Positions 28,301 to 41,308 of a stretch of 64,000 nucleotides of DNA are shown here, piece after piece (position 1 is the stretch's first letter; every line of letters begins with the position of its first letter). A model generated the notes under the pieces. The model did no database searches. It saw nothing but the letters and a program-made list of their open reading frames with translations, and was not told where the DNA came from. The stretch covers positions 29,918,150 to 29,982,149 of the forward strand of contig NC_134026.1 of the NCBI RefSeq assembly GCF_964204645.1, given 5' to 3'. This DNA comes from Tubulanus polymorphus (taxonomy: Eukaryota; Animalia; Nemertea). The position numbers and the translations under genes are program-made.

Positions 28301-30810
28301 TCTCCGTGCTGATAATGATAATGTCGTATGTGTGTTTGTAGTTCATTTTCAATCATCGTCAATGGCTCAGATGATGTTCTGATCACATGAAGCGTGGACG
28401 ATCAGTTTTTTGTAAGTGCGCGTATAAAATGTCTAACGTTTGATATCGTTCATTCGGTAGTTCGCTTGCGATTAGATATGTAAAGTTCTGGTCATCACTT
28501 TTTTTAAATGAGCCGATGAAATATATATGACTAACTACAGAATGCCCCAAACTCGTGTGTGAAGTGAAGGCTTGGCAATGAAAATTGAAGAAAGTATGGT
28601 GAATGTGTGAATGGTAAATGCGAGGTATTAGAACTCATGTAATGATAACAACCGCAGGAAATGTTCATCGTTGAATCGATTAGCGACAAACGCGAACAGC
28701 AGCAACAAAAACTGGAAAAAACACGAAGATCACTTGATTTACAATATCAAAGTGATAAAACAACGTGAATAAACGCTACTACAACTGCCCAGTTGTATCG
28801 GGTGACACAGGCATGCATCAGCATTGTCGCGTTTGATTAATTGTATTAATCATCCTTATCGGCAAAGTAAATGTTTCCATACCGATTTGAGCCAAGGGTG
28901 ACTGGCTGGACTAGTTAACTTTTATCTTCGTCGAAAAAAACTGATAAGATTGGCTCGAAACAATGGTAAAAGCTGTCACGCGTATACAGCACAAATCACA
29001 GTCGCTTGGCGTCCCGAGTATAGAGAGTATTCGGGTGTTAGGAAAATTCATCCTGAATATGTACGGGCAACAAGATTGTAACATTTTAAGCAAAAAATTT
29101 GTAAAGACATTTTTCTTCTAAAAAGAACACATTGAAATCGGGATCTTGGCCCACCCAACGAATCGAACAGAACAAGCTAACCAGTTTCACCCCGATGACC
29201 ACTTCTGGGGAAAACACGAATATGATTCAATATAAGATCATAAACTTAATGATAATCTGTTTGAATTGATATGAAAATTAAATATATTGATGAACTTTGT
29301 GTGCTTAGGGGGTTTGTACGGAGGAACCTCGTGGACTGGCATGCCATGGGCGTTTATTTAGTACTAAATTTGAAAATAAGTTTAATACGTTCTGTTTTAA
29401 CTATACTTCAATGGGATATTTGAAGAGTGTTCGATTGGGAAGCGCGTTAAATCGTTTATCTTGGCTTTGTTCTGATGAATACTATAATATAATAATATAA
29501 ATCAATAAACATATAATAGGCGTAATGATTCGGTACGTATTGCCCCCAGGAAAGGTTACATCCAGAATTTTCGGAGCAATCGATATCAAACTTTTGTGCG
29601 GATTAATCAGAATTGATGAAGGCGAAATTCGCTTCTTAAATATCAAATTGTTGACTAAGTGCTTTAGACAATGTGGCTGCGTTACCGCTGAGCTGTTTAA
29701 CCAAGTTCTTCAATTTATGCGTTGGCGCTCTGTTGAAAAGGTCTGAAAACAAGGGTACTGAGTATGTGCGGCTATAGAATACTTCACTCAATAACTTTCA
29801 ATTCAGTAATGCATCATTGACGCCAGTTACTGAAAGATAACCGACGCCCCCCGTAATCATCCAGTTTAATCACATGAAGATACATGGAAAATACAAAGAA
29901 TTTGGAAAACAATTTTGTATATAAATCATTTAAGAATTTAATCATAACTAAATATTTGTCAACTATAAAAATGTTCATATCGATTCCAATTTACTTTAAT
30001 AAGTCACATTACAAGTGTCACATTATGTTTCATTATTCATTTTAACCAAGTTCAAGTTCTGCGTTCATGCCGAAAAGTTACGTTTCTACGTAATTTTTAT
30101 TTCTATCCCATAAATAGCAAATCGTAGAAATATTTTTCAGCAAATGTGGGCACAATCTCATCATGTAAAGAGAGTGAAGAGCGAGGACCTCTTCACAATC
30201 GTCAACGGAAAGAATCGATAAATATATTACCGAACGTTACAGAAAATCGTAGAAATTCATGCTTCTCATTCTGTTTGTTCTTTAGTTGAGATTAAAATTG
30301 TTCGTATTATTAAAAAAGTGTCGCCTCGTTCAAACTGAAAAGTAATTACATTTCGTACACTTCAATTAACTACAACAGATGCAGAAAATGGAAATCACGG
30401 AGCTGCGTAAAGCGATATAGACTTTATTCGCTACACTGAATTCATTCTTATTCCTATTACCTTTTACTGATATTGCAATGCGATTTATTCAGGTAGATAT
30501 TGGAAACTGTATATTATATTTTTGAGCCGTTATTTGACAGTTGTGTGTATCAGGCGACAAATCTTCTATCATCGCACTTCGCGCGTCGTATGTGTTATAA
30601 ATAAAATACCAACGCACATTGTGTTATAGCGGCAAAATATACGAAAACTTAAACTGCTAAAATCAACCGCAGAAATCTGATTACGAAACCGAAAACAGAA
30701 CAGAAAAAAAATTGACAATGAATTATTGTATTATTTTACGAAACCAATTACCGAGATATTCAGTAACCTTGAATGAAACACTTTGTTAGTGTTGCAAAGA
30801 TGATAAAATT

Positions 30811-30951
30811 CCGAAAATTTTCCTCGAGCCGATACTTGGGCGACTATATCTAGTCAAGATGACTTTTAGAATAAAGTCGAAACGTGGAATAAAATATTAG
30901 CTCAAGGAAACATTTCGGTGGACTCATTTTTCTTTCGTATTTTGTGGGATT
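30811..30951. repeat. Degraded copy of the palindromic hammerhead-motif element
   Basis: AAGATGACTTTTAGAATAAAGTCGAAACGT...TGTGGGAT matches the right arm of 44350-44587. CCGAAAAT..CTCGAG and CGACTATATC are left-arm remnants. Confidence 0.65.
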
Positions 30952-32784
30952 TTATATTAGAGATATTTAGTAACGGTCAGAATAATTTATTGTCATCGAC
31001 GATAGTGACTAGGATATTGCTATGTTGTTACGAGACTCGCCCGTGGCCGTATCACGCCTTATCGTGCCACGTTTTACTAAGTAAACACGGGTTTATTTGT
31101 ATTTTACGCTGTTTTCACTCCACTGTTACAACTATCACGTATATATGGTGGACTCGTTCCTTTGACACGCCAAGATATTGACCACAGCGATACCAAATCT
31201 ATGTCCCGCGTTGAACATTTATCCGGCCACGTATTCAATTGCTATTCAGTAGCAGTTGCTACTAATGAGTGAACTTGATCGCTATAACTATGGCTGTCTC
31301 AGTGGGTAGCTTTTACACGAACGATCATTGCGGACTGAACCTATTTCAACTCGAAAACTCGAAACTTTCACGACAAACGTCTATCATTCTCTAATTCGAT
31401 ACGTGCTGATGAGTATAATAGAGTATCCGCCTTCATCAGGAAATGGTCACCATACAGTTCTAAAATGGAATTATTCCTTCCATCACGCCTTTATATCATT
31501 CGGTGCGAATTTCGCTAATCATGAATACAACGTCAACTTTATAATAATTCTCCTTTTATTTGGCTAAAAGGTCACTCCGTTCGGTCGCACGTACCTATCA
31601 TCGACGAACGTCAAGCGCAAATATAGGAAATACCATTCAAATAATAAGTTAAAATCTGAAAATGTGCTCGTCTAGCTGTGAGTTGATCTCGTACTAATTG
31701 TTGTTATACTCTATACTAACACGGGACATCAGTATTTTTCCTCGGCGGCAATTGAGTTTTCCGGTTCGTCTTAAAGCTAAAAACAGCCGTACTAACTCGT
31801 CTGGTTTGATCATTACCCGTATTCTATACAATAAGACTAATGAGGCTCGAGTAACGCACACAACTTCGTCTTATAGATGCCGTGATTTTCAAGAACTCAG
31901 ACCAACTCTTGGTCGCCTTGTCGTTTACGTTAATGGGTTATAATCGATGGCTAAGTAAGCAGTCCAACAACTCATCATTAGCGAGCGAATAATAATATTT
32001 CTCATATCTGATGAAAGGCGCGGGTCGAAGCCCTCTTACCCTATATGTGATGTTTTCATTCAACGAATTGAACTTGGTTGATTTTTTGGGTTTTTTTGTG
32101 ACTCATAAGAAAAGCTACAAGTCGCGCGTGCATTTCGAATTTTCGATTAGATTAGATTAGAATGAACGAGCAAAAATATCGTGGCAGTTGACGTTCACCA
32201 GATTCCTGTGTAAAATTCTAGTCTAAAGTTAGAATGAACCGCTTGATGTTATTTGATAAATATCGCATTTTATAAGATGCACGCGTTATTCTGTTAATTT
32301 TACTGGAATTTCGATGATCTAAATACTCGATGAATGGCGGTCGCGGCTGGTAGAATGATTAAGAGGAACTGGACGCGTATGTTCAGTTAAATGATGTGAT
32401 AGATTTATAGATGGTATAATATGTAAATCAATATGATCAGATAGTATCAATATGTAACCACGAGTAAATTACACGTTCATATCAGATCCTGTTCCATGGA
32501 GAAAGTGAGGAAGTCATTACATTATGTACATCCAACCAGTTTCATCATGTGTTTGTTTTGTTCTGTTTCCACCGAAAAAATATCACATCAAAATAATTCC
32601 AAAATATTTTGCACTTCATAGAAAGACATTCTGGTTTAAATAAATGTTTGCAAAATGAATATTTTGTGAAAAAAGGATATATTATTATTATTTCGCTGTG
32701 AACTTTTTTATTATATATTTGAATATACGAAGTAAACTCTTAAACTATTTTTTCAAGTTCAAATGTAATTTAGGTTTCACTTAC

Positions 32785-33026
32785 CGATTAAAATATTACA
32801 GTTTATGGTGTCCGTCGATTATGAATTGGTATCTCTCTCTGATCGCTCTTTTTCTTTCTCACTTGCGCCCGGTATTTCCTTGAAATTATGACACCATCAA
32901 TCCGAGAATAAATCGCCGCGAACTATTCAACGACAGACGACTAAAACGCGCGTGAAAACCGCCGCTCTTTCTCTCGCTATATAAATCCCCCGAACTTTAC
33001 CGGCGATGTAACCGGATATGACGTCA
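32785..33026 (-). promoter_or_regulatory. Putative promoter and non-coding first exon, probably of the CCAP gene
   Basis: Perfect CRE TGACGTCA at 33019-33026; TATA-like element at 32978-32985; about 165 nt of exon-like sequence ending in a strong donor G|GTAAGT at 32785. The CCAP exon at 19379 begins with an acceptor, so an upstream exon is required. Confidence 0.55.
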
Positions 33027-34526
33027 CCGGTTTACGAGATGGACGAGAAATTGCGACGGAATCTTCAACTTGTCAGCAGCAGAGAGAAACAGTAGTCGAG
33101 ATGCTACCTCCCCTCGGCTCGACCGCACAGTTGTTCTGCATTGATTCAATTTGCGCTAAGTTTTGGGCATCTCTCTCAATCCAACCCGGGTGACTGCCCG
33201 ACTAATTCATTTTGTACAACTCTACTTCAACTGTAAGCGCAGAAAATCGCAGAGCACGGAAGTCGACTCGTTATAAGATTCTTGACTAGATACTTAAGGA
33301 AATAGTTGAGGGGAATTTTTTATTTGCTCAAATTATTGTTTCCATATCCCTGTGTCTGAGCAATCTTTCTAATATTCATAGGATTTCGCCTATTCTTCTA
33401 AAAGGCAGGGTGTATGATGATCAAATCTGTCTGGAGAGAGAAAGAGAAGAGCAACGTTTTCTTTAGCTGAGCATCAGTGAGTATTGATATGGCATGAAAC
33501 ACCCACGATATTGCTGGCTCAGGATATATCCAATAAAAAGGTCGTTCACAGGTCATGATTATTACGTCTTACTCTTTAAATTATCGATTCTTAAATCTGA
33601 ATTTTATGAATGATTTGTAATTATTTCAGTGTCTTTTGTTTTTTGAAACAAATTCAACCTGAAAATCTTTTCTAAAATGTTTAAGTTTGAAAATGTCACT
33701 GGCTTTCATCGCCAGTGAATACTTCCTGCGTATTTTGCTCTAATTTTATACTTTTAACGGTAAAAGTTTTGATATCCAGTGTTTTGTGTTTTTTTTCTAT
33801 TTAGTTGCCCGAGTAGCCATTAATCTAATGTCCTGGGAAAATAACCTTTCGTGAATTTTAATTCAATTATGATAAAGCACGAAATATGTAGATAAAAGCC
33901 TTTGGTTTTTCGAAGCGTTTTAGGGATGTGCCTTTAGAGATTTTAGAGATTTAGGTTTATCTAAGATCATTATACCGTAACCTGATATATCATTAGAACT
34001 GGTTGTTTGTTATAAAGACCATGTCAAACTGAGGGTATTAGTGAACTATTCCACAGCGATTACACGGCAGACAATGTATTATAGTTAACTATACTGGAAT
34101 GGTTCATCTGGCGTCTGTCCATCAATCCTTTTGAAACACGATAAGCGTACCGCGCGCGACCCCGACCGATCTTTCTCTGATGAAATATTTTTCATGATTT
34201 TTTCTAATAAGCTCCGCTGTTTTCGTCTGACGCCCAAAACATGAGAATTAACAACAATATTCTCCGCATGTTCATCAATAGTTTGACCGGAAAGAAGAGA
34301 ATCTACAACGTGGCCAAATCGACGAATCCTTCGTTGGCTAATATTCAGCTTACCATAATGATGTTTATTCACAACTTGAATTTATTTATCACACGAATAG
34401 GTTACACACAAGTATAATTATGGTTGCAATTAGAATAGTTTAAGCATAAATAAGAAAAAAAATTTATAGGTTCTTGGTCTGTGGGTGCATTAGTTGTATA
34501 AAATCATATATGAGACTGTCGAGTAG

Positions 34527-36264
34527 TTATAACTTAGGGACGACTTTCGCGACGACAGTCGTTAGAACTTTATCCCAGCCAGACTGAGCAGTAGCGTCAT
34601 ACTCCACTCCTAATGCTGTCTGTAAGGTGAATTTCATCGGGTCAACGAATGTCTAAAACGGATTAAAAAAAACTTGTTCATAATCTTATGAGTGAATGAA
34701 ACCTGGGCACAATCATTGCTTAGATCTAAAACCAGAACAACATAATTGATATAAGGGGAGTCCCGCAATAATATAACTGTTTCCATGTTTAGTTTACTTG
34801 ATCAGTCCCTTCGCTCCGGATTGTGTATTTCACAACTTCTGTAACTCAGTATTCCTGCAGGTGGCTATTAGTTTATAGTCGAAACGTTGAAAAACTAACC
34901 TAGCTCAAGGAAACATTTTCGGACTTTATTTGTGGGATTCTCTTAATATTATCGCCACAACATCTTTCAATAGTCAATCTAACAACAACACCGACATTAA
35001 GATTTAAAACAACTTTTGGACTTCAGTCACGACTGTGCAACTTGGTTCCGGACACTAGGTCACTACTTTGTGACATATTACCTTCATTTGAGCGGGGGTT
35101 ATCCCGTACCGTTTGTGTGAAGTCGCAAGACCATTCAGCAAAGAATCTAATAATTCCCCATTCTCAAGTCCAGCAACGAGTTCTCCGACCTTTTTAAAAG
35201 TCAACACCCCTTGTTTTCGCATCACCGACGAGTTTGGGTCACTAGACTTAAACAGGCGTTTATGGTCGGGATTCTTTTTGAAGAACCTGTAATTTGAGAA
35301 ATTGTCTTGAAGTCGTCTCGGTACAGTTGAATGACTGTCGTTAAGCGTTCGCAAAATCATTGCTTTTTCATACAAAGTTGGTGCATTTTTCACCAATAAA
35401 TAAACATTAACAGAGATATTAAATTTAGAATGTTCACAATAGTGTGCCAGTATTGATGGTGAAAGCATCTGGTAGATATAATGGCATAGATATTTGTGAG
35501 CTATTACGTTTATATTAAATTTGCATCCAAAAATAAATTTTTACGATGCTTTATTCATTACATGACCAGCTGTCAAACTGGAAACTGCTCTGAAATGTTA
35601 TTGCAACGCGACAAAATAAGCCGTTCTTACTCAGTATAAAAGATGACACTATTTCCTTCCAAATCACCTGCCATTTTGCTCCATGTACTTTTAACTTTGT
35701 CGAGCTCTCCAGCCGTCAACGACTGAAAACGTATCAAAAATAAAACGTTATCTTTTCATTCTAGACGCATCGTATCTGTTGGTGTAAGCGTATCGAACTA
35801 CCATGTAATATTAAACAACCATCCATACGTTATTTGAAATGAACTTATTTTGATATAAAGAAAAATTCTCTCACAAAATACTGAAAAAACAATCCTGTAT
35901 GTCATGGAACCTAACAATTCCTTTATACAAAACAATACAATAAATACGTGTATTGAAGAAAAAGTCACGAGTACAAAGAAAGACTATACGACTTAGTGAC
36001 GCTTCAACTAAAAATCAGTTTTCTTCAATATAAAATACAGACAGTCACTTGTCTATTGGATTCACTATAAAAACCAATATACATGTATGACAAGACTGCT
36101 CATCCAGGCGCGGTATTGAATAAAGATTCTGAATGAATTTTCTAATGATTATAGAACTACATGTAATGATTTTAACCGAATGCTTTCTGTGTCTGTAGCT
36201 GTTTTTTACGGTTGAGTTTACAAAGAAATGCTTGAGTAAAGTTAGTAAATGCGCTACTCACCAT
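34527..36264 (-). CDS. Intracellular single-domain globin, 141 aa (TyrB10/GlnE7/ThrE11 type)
   Basis: Exons 36262-36264 (ATG only), 35631-35722, 35082-35286 and 34527-34652 give MSLTAGELDKVKSTWSKM...IFYTEFFKKNPDHKRLF...KQGVLTF...LATSHKRYGITPAQMK|TFVDPM...GWDKVL. TrpA12, ProC2, PheCD1 and HisF8 are present, with introns at the classical B12.2 and G7.0 positions. Confidence 0.9.
34755..34943. repeat. Degraded copy of the palindromic hammerhead-motif element in the last globin intron
   Basis: ATTCCTGCAGGTGGCTATTAGTTTATAGTCGAAACGTTGAAA...CATTTTCGGACTTT...TGTGGGATTCTC matches the right arm of 44350-44587. GAGTCCCGCAATAAT at about 34758 resembles the left-arm end. Confidence 0.65.
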
Positions 36265-37103
36265 TTTACTAATTGTTGAGAATGCGAGAAGAGAACAAGT
36301 TGCTGCTAGCAAAAGTGAACTGTTTATGAAGTGAGGACTTGTGTTATGTTCATTAAATACTTGTCTCAGATGTTTCATTTTACTGACGTCCCATTGTCCC
36401 CGGTATTGTTATTACCCGAATATCATTAGTATTTTATTGTTACTGTAGGAAACATATTTACATTCTTTTATTGATACCGAACATGAAAATGTGCAGTATT
36501 TCCAGTTGTCTCCATCGTAAATAATTCCTGCGTCGTGTGAATTGTCCACGTCTGAATTGAATCATGGGCGTTCCGTTTATTGTGTATTGTCATCGGTGCA
36601 GATACTAAGATCTTTCGGTTTTCGTCTTGATAGCACATTCTCATACTTTCGGTAAAATTCTATGTAAGGAAATACATCTTGTAGATATCTTCGTCTGACC
36701 TGGTAGACATTGAGCAAAAATACCAGAAATTCCTCATCCACAGCTCTGATGTGCCATATTCGAATAAAGTCAATTTTCACATTCGACAAAATCATTTTAT
36801 TATTTTTCATATCAATTAATACTGAGAATCTACTGTAATATATACCAATGAGTATTGAGATATCTTCGGTATCATCTAGGTGTACTATTCAAAAGGGATT
36901 CAAATTTATACGAAAACCTTATTACCGCAAGCTATATAAAAATATACCACCATGATCAAATATGAATCTTAACATGTAAAATATGAGACATGTTGTTTTA
37001 ATGTTATATATATATAAATGAAGATCTGCCACCAAATTCAGCAGTCTAAAAGCACCAAACAATTGCACACAAAACTCGAACAACACTCCATTCACTCATT
37101 CGT

Positions 37104-38581
37104 CTATTTAAGTGACAGTTGTAGTTCACTCATCCATTTTAAACCATCATTTGTATCACCTACAATAAATACGAATTCAATCTGTTTTTAGTTTGGTTAA
37201 AAATGTGGGAATTCTAATTTTTATAAGTTACATCACGGATATTGTGACTTCAAGTGATTCACAAGTGCTAAGCGTTTATAATAACATACGTACCAACTGG
37301 GTTATACTCTAAACCGATATAACCGGTATATCCAACCTCTTTCAGTATATCAAACACATAAGCAAAATTAATTTCACCGGGTGAATTAGGCTCATTTCTG
37401 TGAGGTGCTTGAGCGAGTTGAATATAACCTGTAAAATTAAGAATTTCAGTAAAAACAGATGAAATGAAAAGATTTACAATTACTTCAACAATCAATAAAT
37501 ACCTACCGACATATGGCAAATAATCTTTCAGAATTTGAGTAACATTTCCATGAAGAAGTTGAAGATGATAAAAGTCGAGTTGCAGCTTCAAATTTGGGTG
37601 ATCAACTTTCTTGATGTATTCAACAGCTATGAAGAAATTATATATTGAAAAGTCATTGTCATACCTAAACCATTAGTAGCACTAGTGATATCAAATAAAG
37701 ATGCTCAGATATTCAGTGGTGATACCTTTATGGAAGGAATGAAGGAAATATCTAGGAGCCGTAATCTGTTGGTTGATAGGTTCGATGAAAGCTGTTATAC
37801 CTTCCTAAATCAGAAACCAAATGAAATACATAGAATCCAGTTCAACAGCAGTCTGTCAGGTGTGACTTGAAAATCAGTTCTTTTAAAGATGTTTCAACAA
37901 ATTTGAACAGTGGAAAAACTGTGAAAAAACACAGATGATACATAATGATACTTACTTTCAACAGACGCTCGGCAGCAAATTTCAAATTGGTAATATATGA
38001 TTCCTCCATTGCGCAATCCCCGAACGGAGGTTCCTTTCCTGCCATAACATGCATTCTAGAAAAACATAATAGCAGCGTGCCGTATGAAAATCTGATCATA
38101 ATCATATCACGTTAAATATACATGAAAGTTGGAACATTCAATGTTACATTGAACTGATCATTCAAGGTGCATCTTTATTACCTTTTACAGTGCAGAGCAT
38201 TAGCGTAAGTAATAGACTGTTCGATACCCTTTTCAAACTCGTGCTGTCTGTGTGGTATACAAGCAGTTCCCAGATCACCGGCCTCTAAATTGCCTGAAAT
38301 GATGCGATATGGGATGAAAGATTACAAGAATATATGCACACTAGAGGTAGTTACTGATTAGAATCAATACCGGTATATTCTTTACCTGGATATGAATTTA
38401 TAAGTGTAACTTCCAGACCAGACTGATTCCTGGCTGCAGTCAACTGATCGATGGGGCTGGAATAGGGGAATGCGCATTCTACTGCTGTAAATCCGGCTTT
38501 CTTCGCCGCCTCGAAACGCTTTTCAAGACTTCCAGCTTCTTTAAACATTAACCCAATGTTTGCTGTAAATTTAAACGACAT
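37104..38581 (-). CDS. HYI: Hydroxypyruvate isomerase (putative), multi-exon
   Basis: MSFKFTANIGLMFKE...AAKKAGFTAVECAFPY, RMHVMAG, LKLQLDFYHLQ, YIQLAQAPHRNEPNSPGEINF and GYIGLEYNP are HYI/xylose-isomerase-like TIM barrel motifs. Stop TAG at 37104-37106. Confidence 0.92.
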
Positions 38582-38764
38582 TCTGAACGTCGTCGGTTAA
38601 ATCAATCATTAATTAAAGGGGTCAAATTGATTAATTTCGCGAACCAGGAAATAAAAAATGTATCAGCGCAACGACCTTGAGTTCGGTAGCTGTCAGTTCA
38701 ATCCAATGAAAATAAAATTTTATTGTTAGTACAATTCTGAAATTAAACTAAGATATTGTCGAGA
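38582..38764. promoter_or_regulatory. Probable bidirectional promoter between HYI and TATDN1
   Basis: Divergent start codons only 183 bp apart. Confidence 0.6.
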
Positions 38765-40630
38765 ATGTCAGCTTCTGCGACATGTAGACGAAGCGCTTTA
38801 CGTTTTATAGGTATCAGAATCATGATGACGAAGTTCAATAATTCATGTGTTTTCGATATTTTTCCTGAATGAAAGTTTTAGCATTCATATCATCAATTCA
38901 ATTTTAATTTATTATCGAATATTGTAATATATGTTTGTTTTATTTCATTTTCAGATATTGGCGTTAACTTAACTGGTAAGTTGGATAAAAGGGATAAAAA
39001 ATGTAAAGCTAGAGTTTCATATTTATGCTTGTTGTTGGGTTGCTTTTCAGATCCAGTTTTTAGAGGTGTTTACCATGGAAAGAAAAAGCACGAAGGTATA
39101 ATAAATCTAACTGAATGCTGTCACTCAAATTCTCATGAATTTCAAAAGTTTGCGATGATAATTTGTGCTTTTGTTTCAGATGATTTAGAACATGTTCTAC
39201 AGCGTTCAATCGATATCGGAATGAAAAAAGTAATAAGTTGTTTCAGTAAGAGCTATATAAAGAGATTCAGCCTTACATATGTAAATAATCTACTGCTCTT
39301 GCTAATTACAGATGTTGATAACCGGTGGAAATCTCAAAGACAGTAAAACCGCTCTAGACCTAGCAAAAACTCAAGGTACCTAATCATGAAAACCACACAA
39401 CTAGGTACAGGTAGGCCAACTCTCAAGTATGAACTGATATAGGTTCTCAATTTCAGAGTATTTATACAGTACAGTAGGATGTCACCCAACTCGATGTACA
39501 GAGTTTGATAACCACCCATCAGGAGCTGATGAGTACCTTCAAAGTCTCATCAATTTAGCGAATGATAATAAAGATAAAGTTGTGGCAGTTGGTGAATTTG
39601 GTTTAGGTTTGTAACATAAAACTTCTCGTTTGATTCATAGCTTTCTGCTTCTTGATTAAACAACGCTTTTGTGTATTTTCTATAGATTTTGACAGGTTGC
39701 AGTTTTGTTCGAAAGAAACTCAGTTGAAGTAAGTTTTTAACTCAACTGTTGAATGAACACACCATCACATCGCGATATCACGTCGATTCTTTTCTTACCA
39801 GGTATTTCGAAAAACAAATGGAATTGGTCGAATCTACCAAGTTACCGCTATTTTTACACTGTAGAAACTCTGAGAAGGAATTTGTTGATATCATAACGCG
39901 ACATAGAGATAAAATCTCAACTGGTGTGGTACGTCTATTCAATTGACCATTGTTTGAACTGGGTTCACATCGGTTGTATGAATATTCAAACCTTATTTTG
40001 TTTCTTCTGCTGTTAATTCAGGTGCATTCATTTGACGGAACTAAAGAAATGGCTCAATCTATTATTGATCTAGGATTGTACATAGGTATAAACGGCTGGT
40101 GAGTATGAATAGTATCAAAATAATATATCATATTGTCAATTGCTGTTCATATTTTTCTAATTGTCTCTTTTCCAGTTCATTAAAGACTGAAGCCAATATT
40201 GAAGCGATGTGCAGTATACCCAGCGAACGTCTTATGATTGAAACAGGTAAATTCTGATTAAAACAAAATATACTCTTTTTATCATAAATAGAATCTAGAA
40301 GTTTCAACTGTTATTGATTTATAGATGCTCCGTGGTGCGATGTAAGACAAACGCATGCAGGATTTAAACACGTCAAGACTATTTTTCCTTCAAAGAAAAA
40401 AGAGAAATGGGAAAATGGACACATGGTCAAAAGTCGCAATGAACCGGCTAACATCATGTAAGTATCCATCATTATTAAAACGTATAATTGTTGGCAATTT
40501 AGATTCAATACGTTCTTTCTATTATTTCAGCCAAGTTTTAGAAGTTATGGCTGGTGCTAGAGATGAAGATATTGAAGAACTTGCTAACATTTTATATGAA
40601 AATACGACAAAGGCTTTCTTTAACTCATAA
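38765..40630 (+). CDS. TATDN1: TatD DNase domain-containing protein 1, multi-exon
   Basis: [102 protein letters not shown]. Stop TAA at 40628-40630. Confidence 0.95.
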
Positions 40631-41308
40631 ATCAGCCTCAATAACGCTGTAAAACTGCTGCATTCTGTTAAATATCATGTCCACTCCGTCAATGAAATAA
40701 ATGTACCGAATGAGGAAAATCCTTGAAAATTCATTGAGCTGTCATTTGTCTTGTTGTTCCACTCATTGTTGCAGAAAAGAGGACAAAACATCGTTAATAT
40801 CGTAAATAGATATATATTATACATCTGAGCACAAAATACATCATGTAATTGAACACAAAATATACCAGAATTACCAACAAAATGTGTCTTCGCTGATTGA
40901 CAACCAACAAAACACGCCCTTACTGATCAACAACCACCAAAAACTCAAAATACTAGAGTACAATGTTTATATCTTCACAGCTGTGTAAGAAGTGTCAAAA
41001 ACAATTATAATTTTTTACCTCATGATTTTTTACAAACAGCAAAATTCACAGCACCATGAACTATGGTACATCGGTATCATTGAAATTTCATCTGTAGTTT
41101 TTGTGGATTATTGTATTAATACTATTAACAGACAATTCCCACTGGAATTGGATAAACAAATTACACCAGTGCTTATAAGGGTATTACTGGAAATAAACTC
41201 TGACGATAGCAAAAACGGGGATAATTTTCTGAGTTGGTGATTAAATTACAAGATGTTAAATATCGACACCAACAACCAGTTGTAAGCCTTATTTCAAATG
41301 CATGTCGT

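Noticed and set aside
19458-34372. Numerous 60-100 aa ORFs in the long non-coding interval
   Set aside because: No recognisable motifs, mostly non-ATG starts, and no consistent splice chain.
37104-40630. Bacterial origin or contamination for HYI and TatD
   Set aside because: Both genes carry many spliceosomal introns and belong to families widespread in animals.
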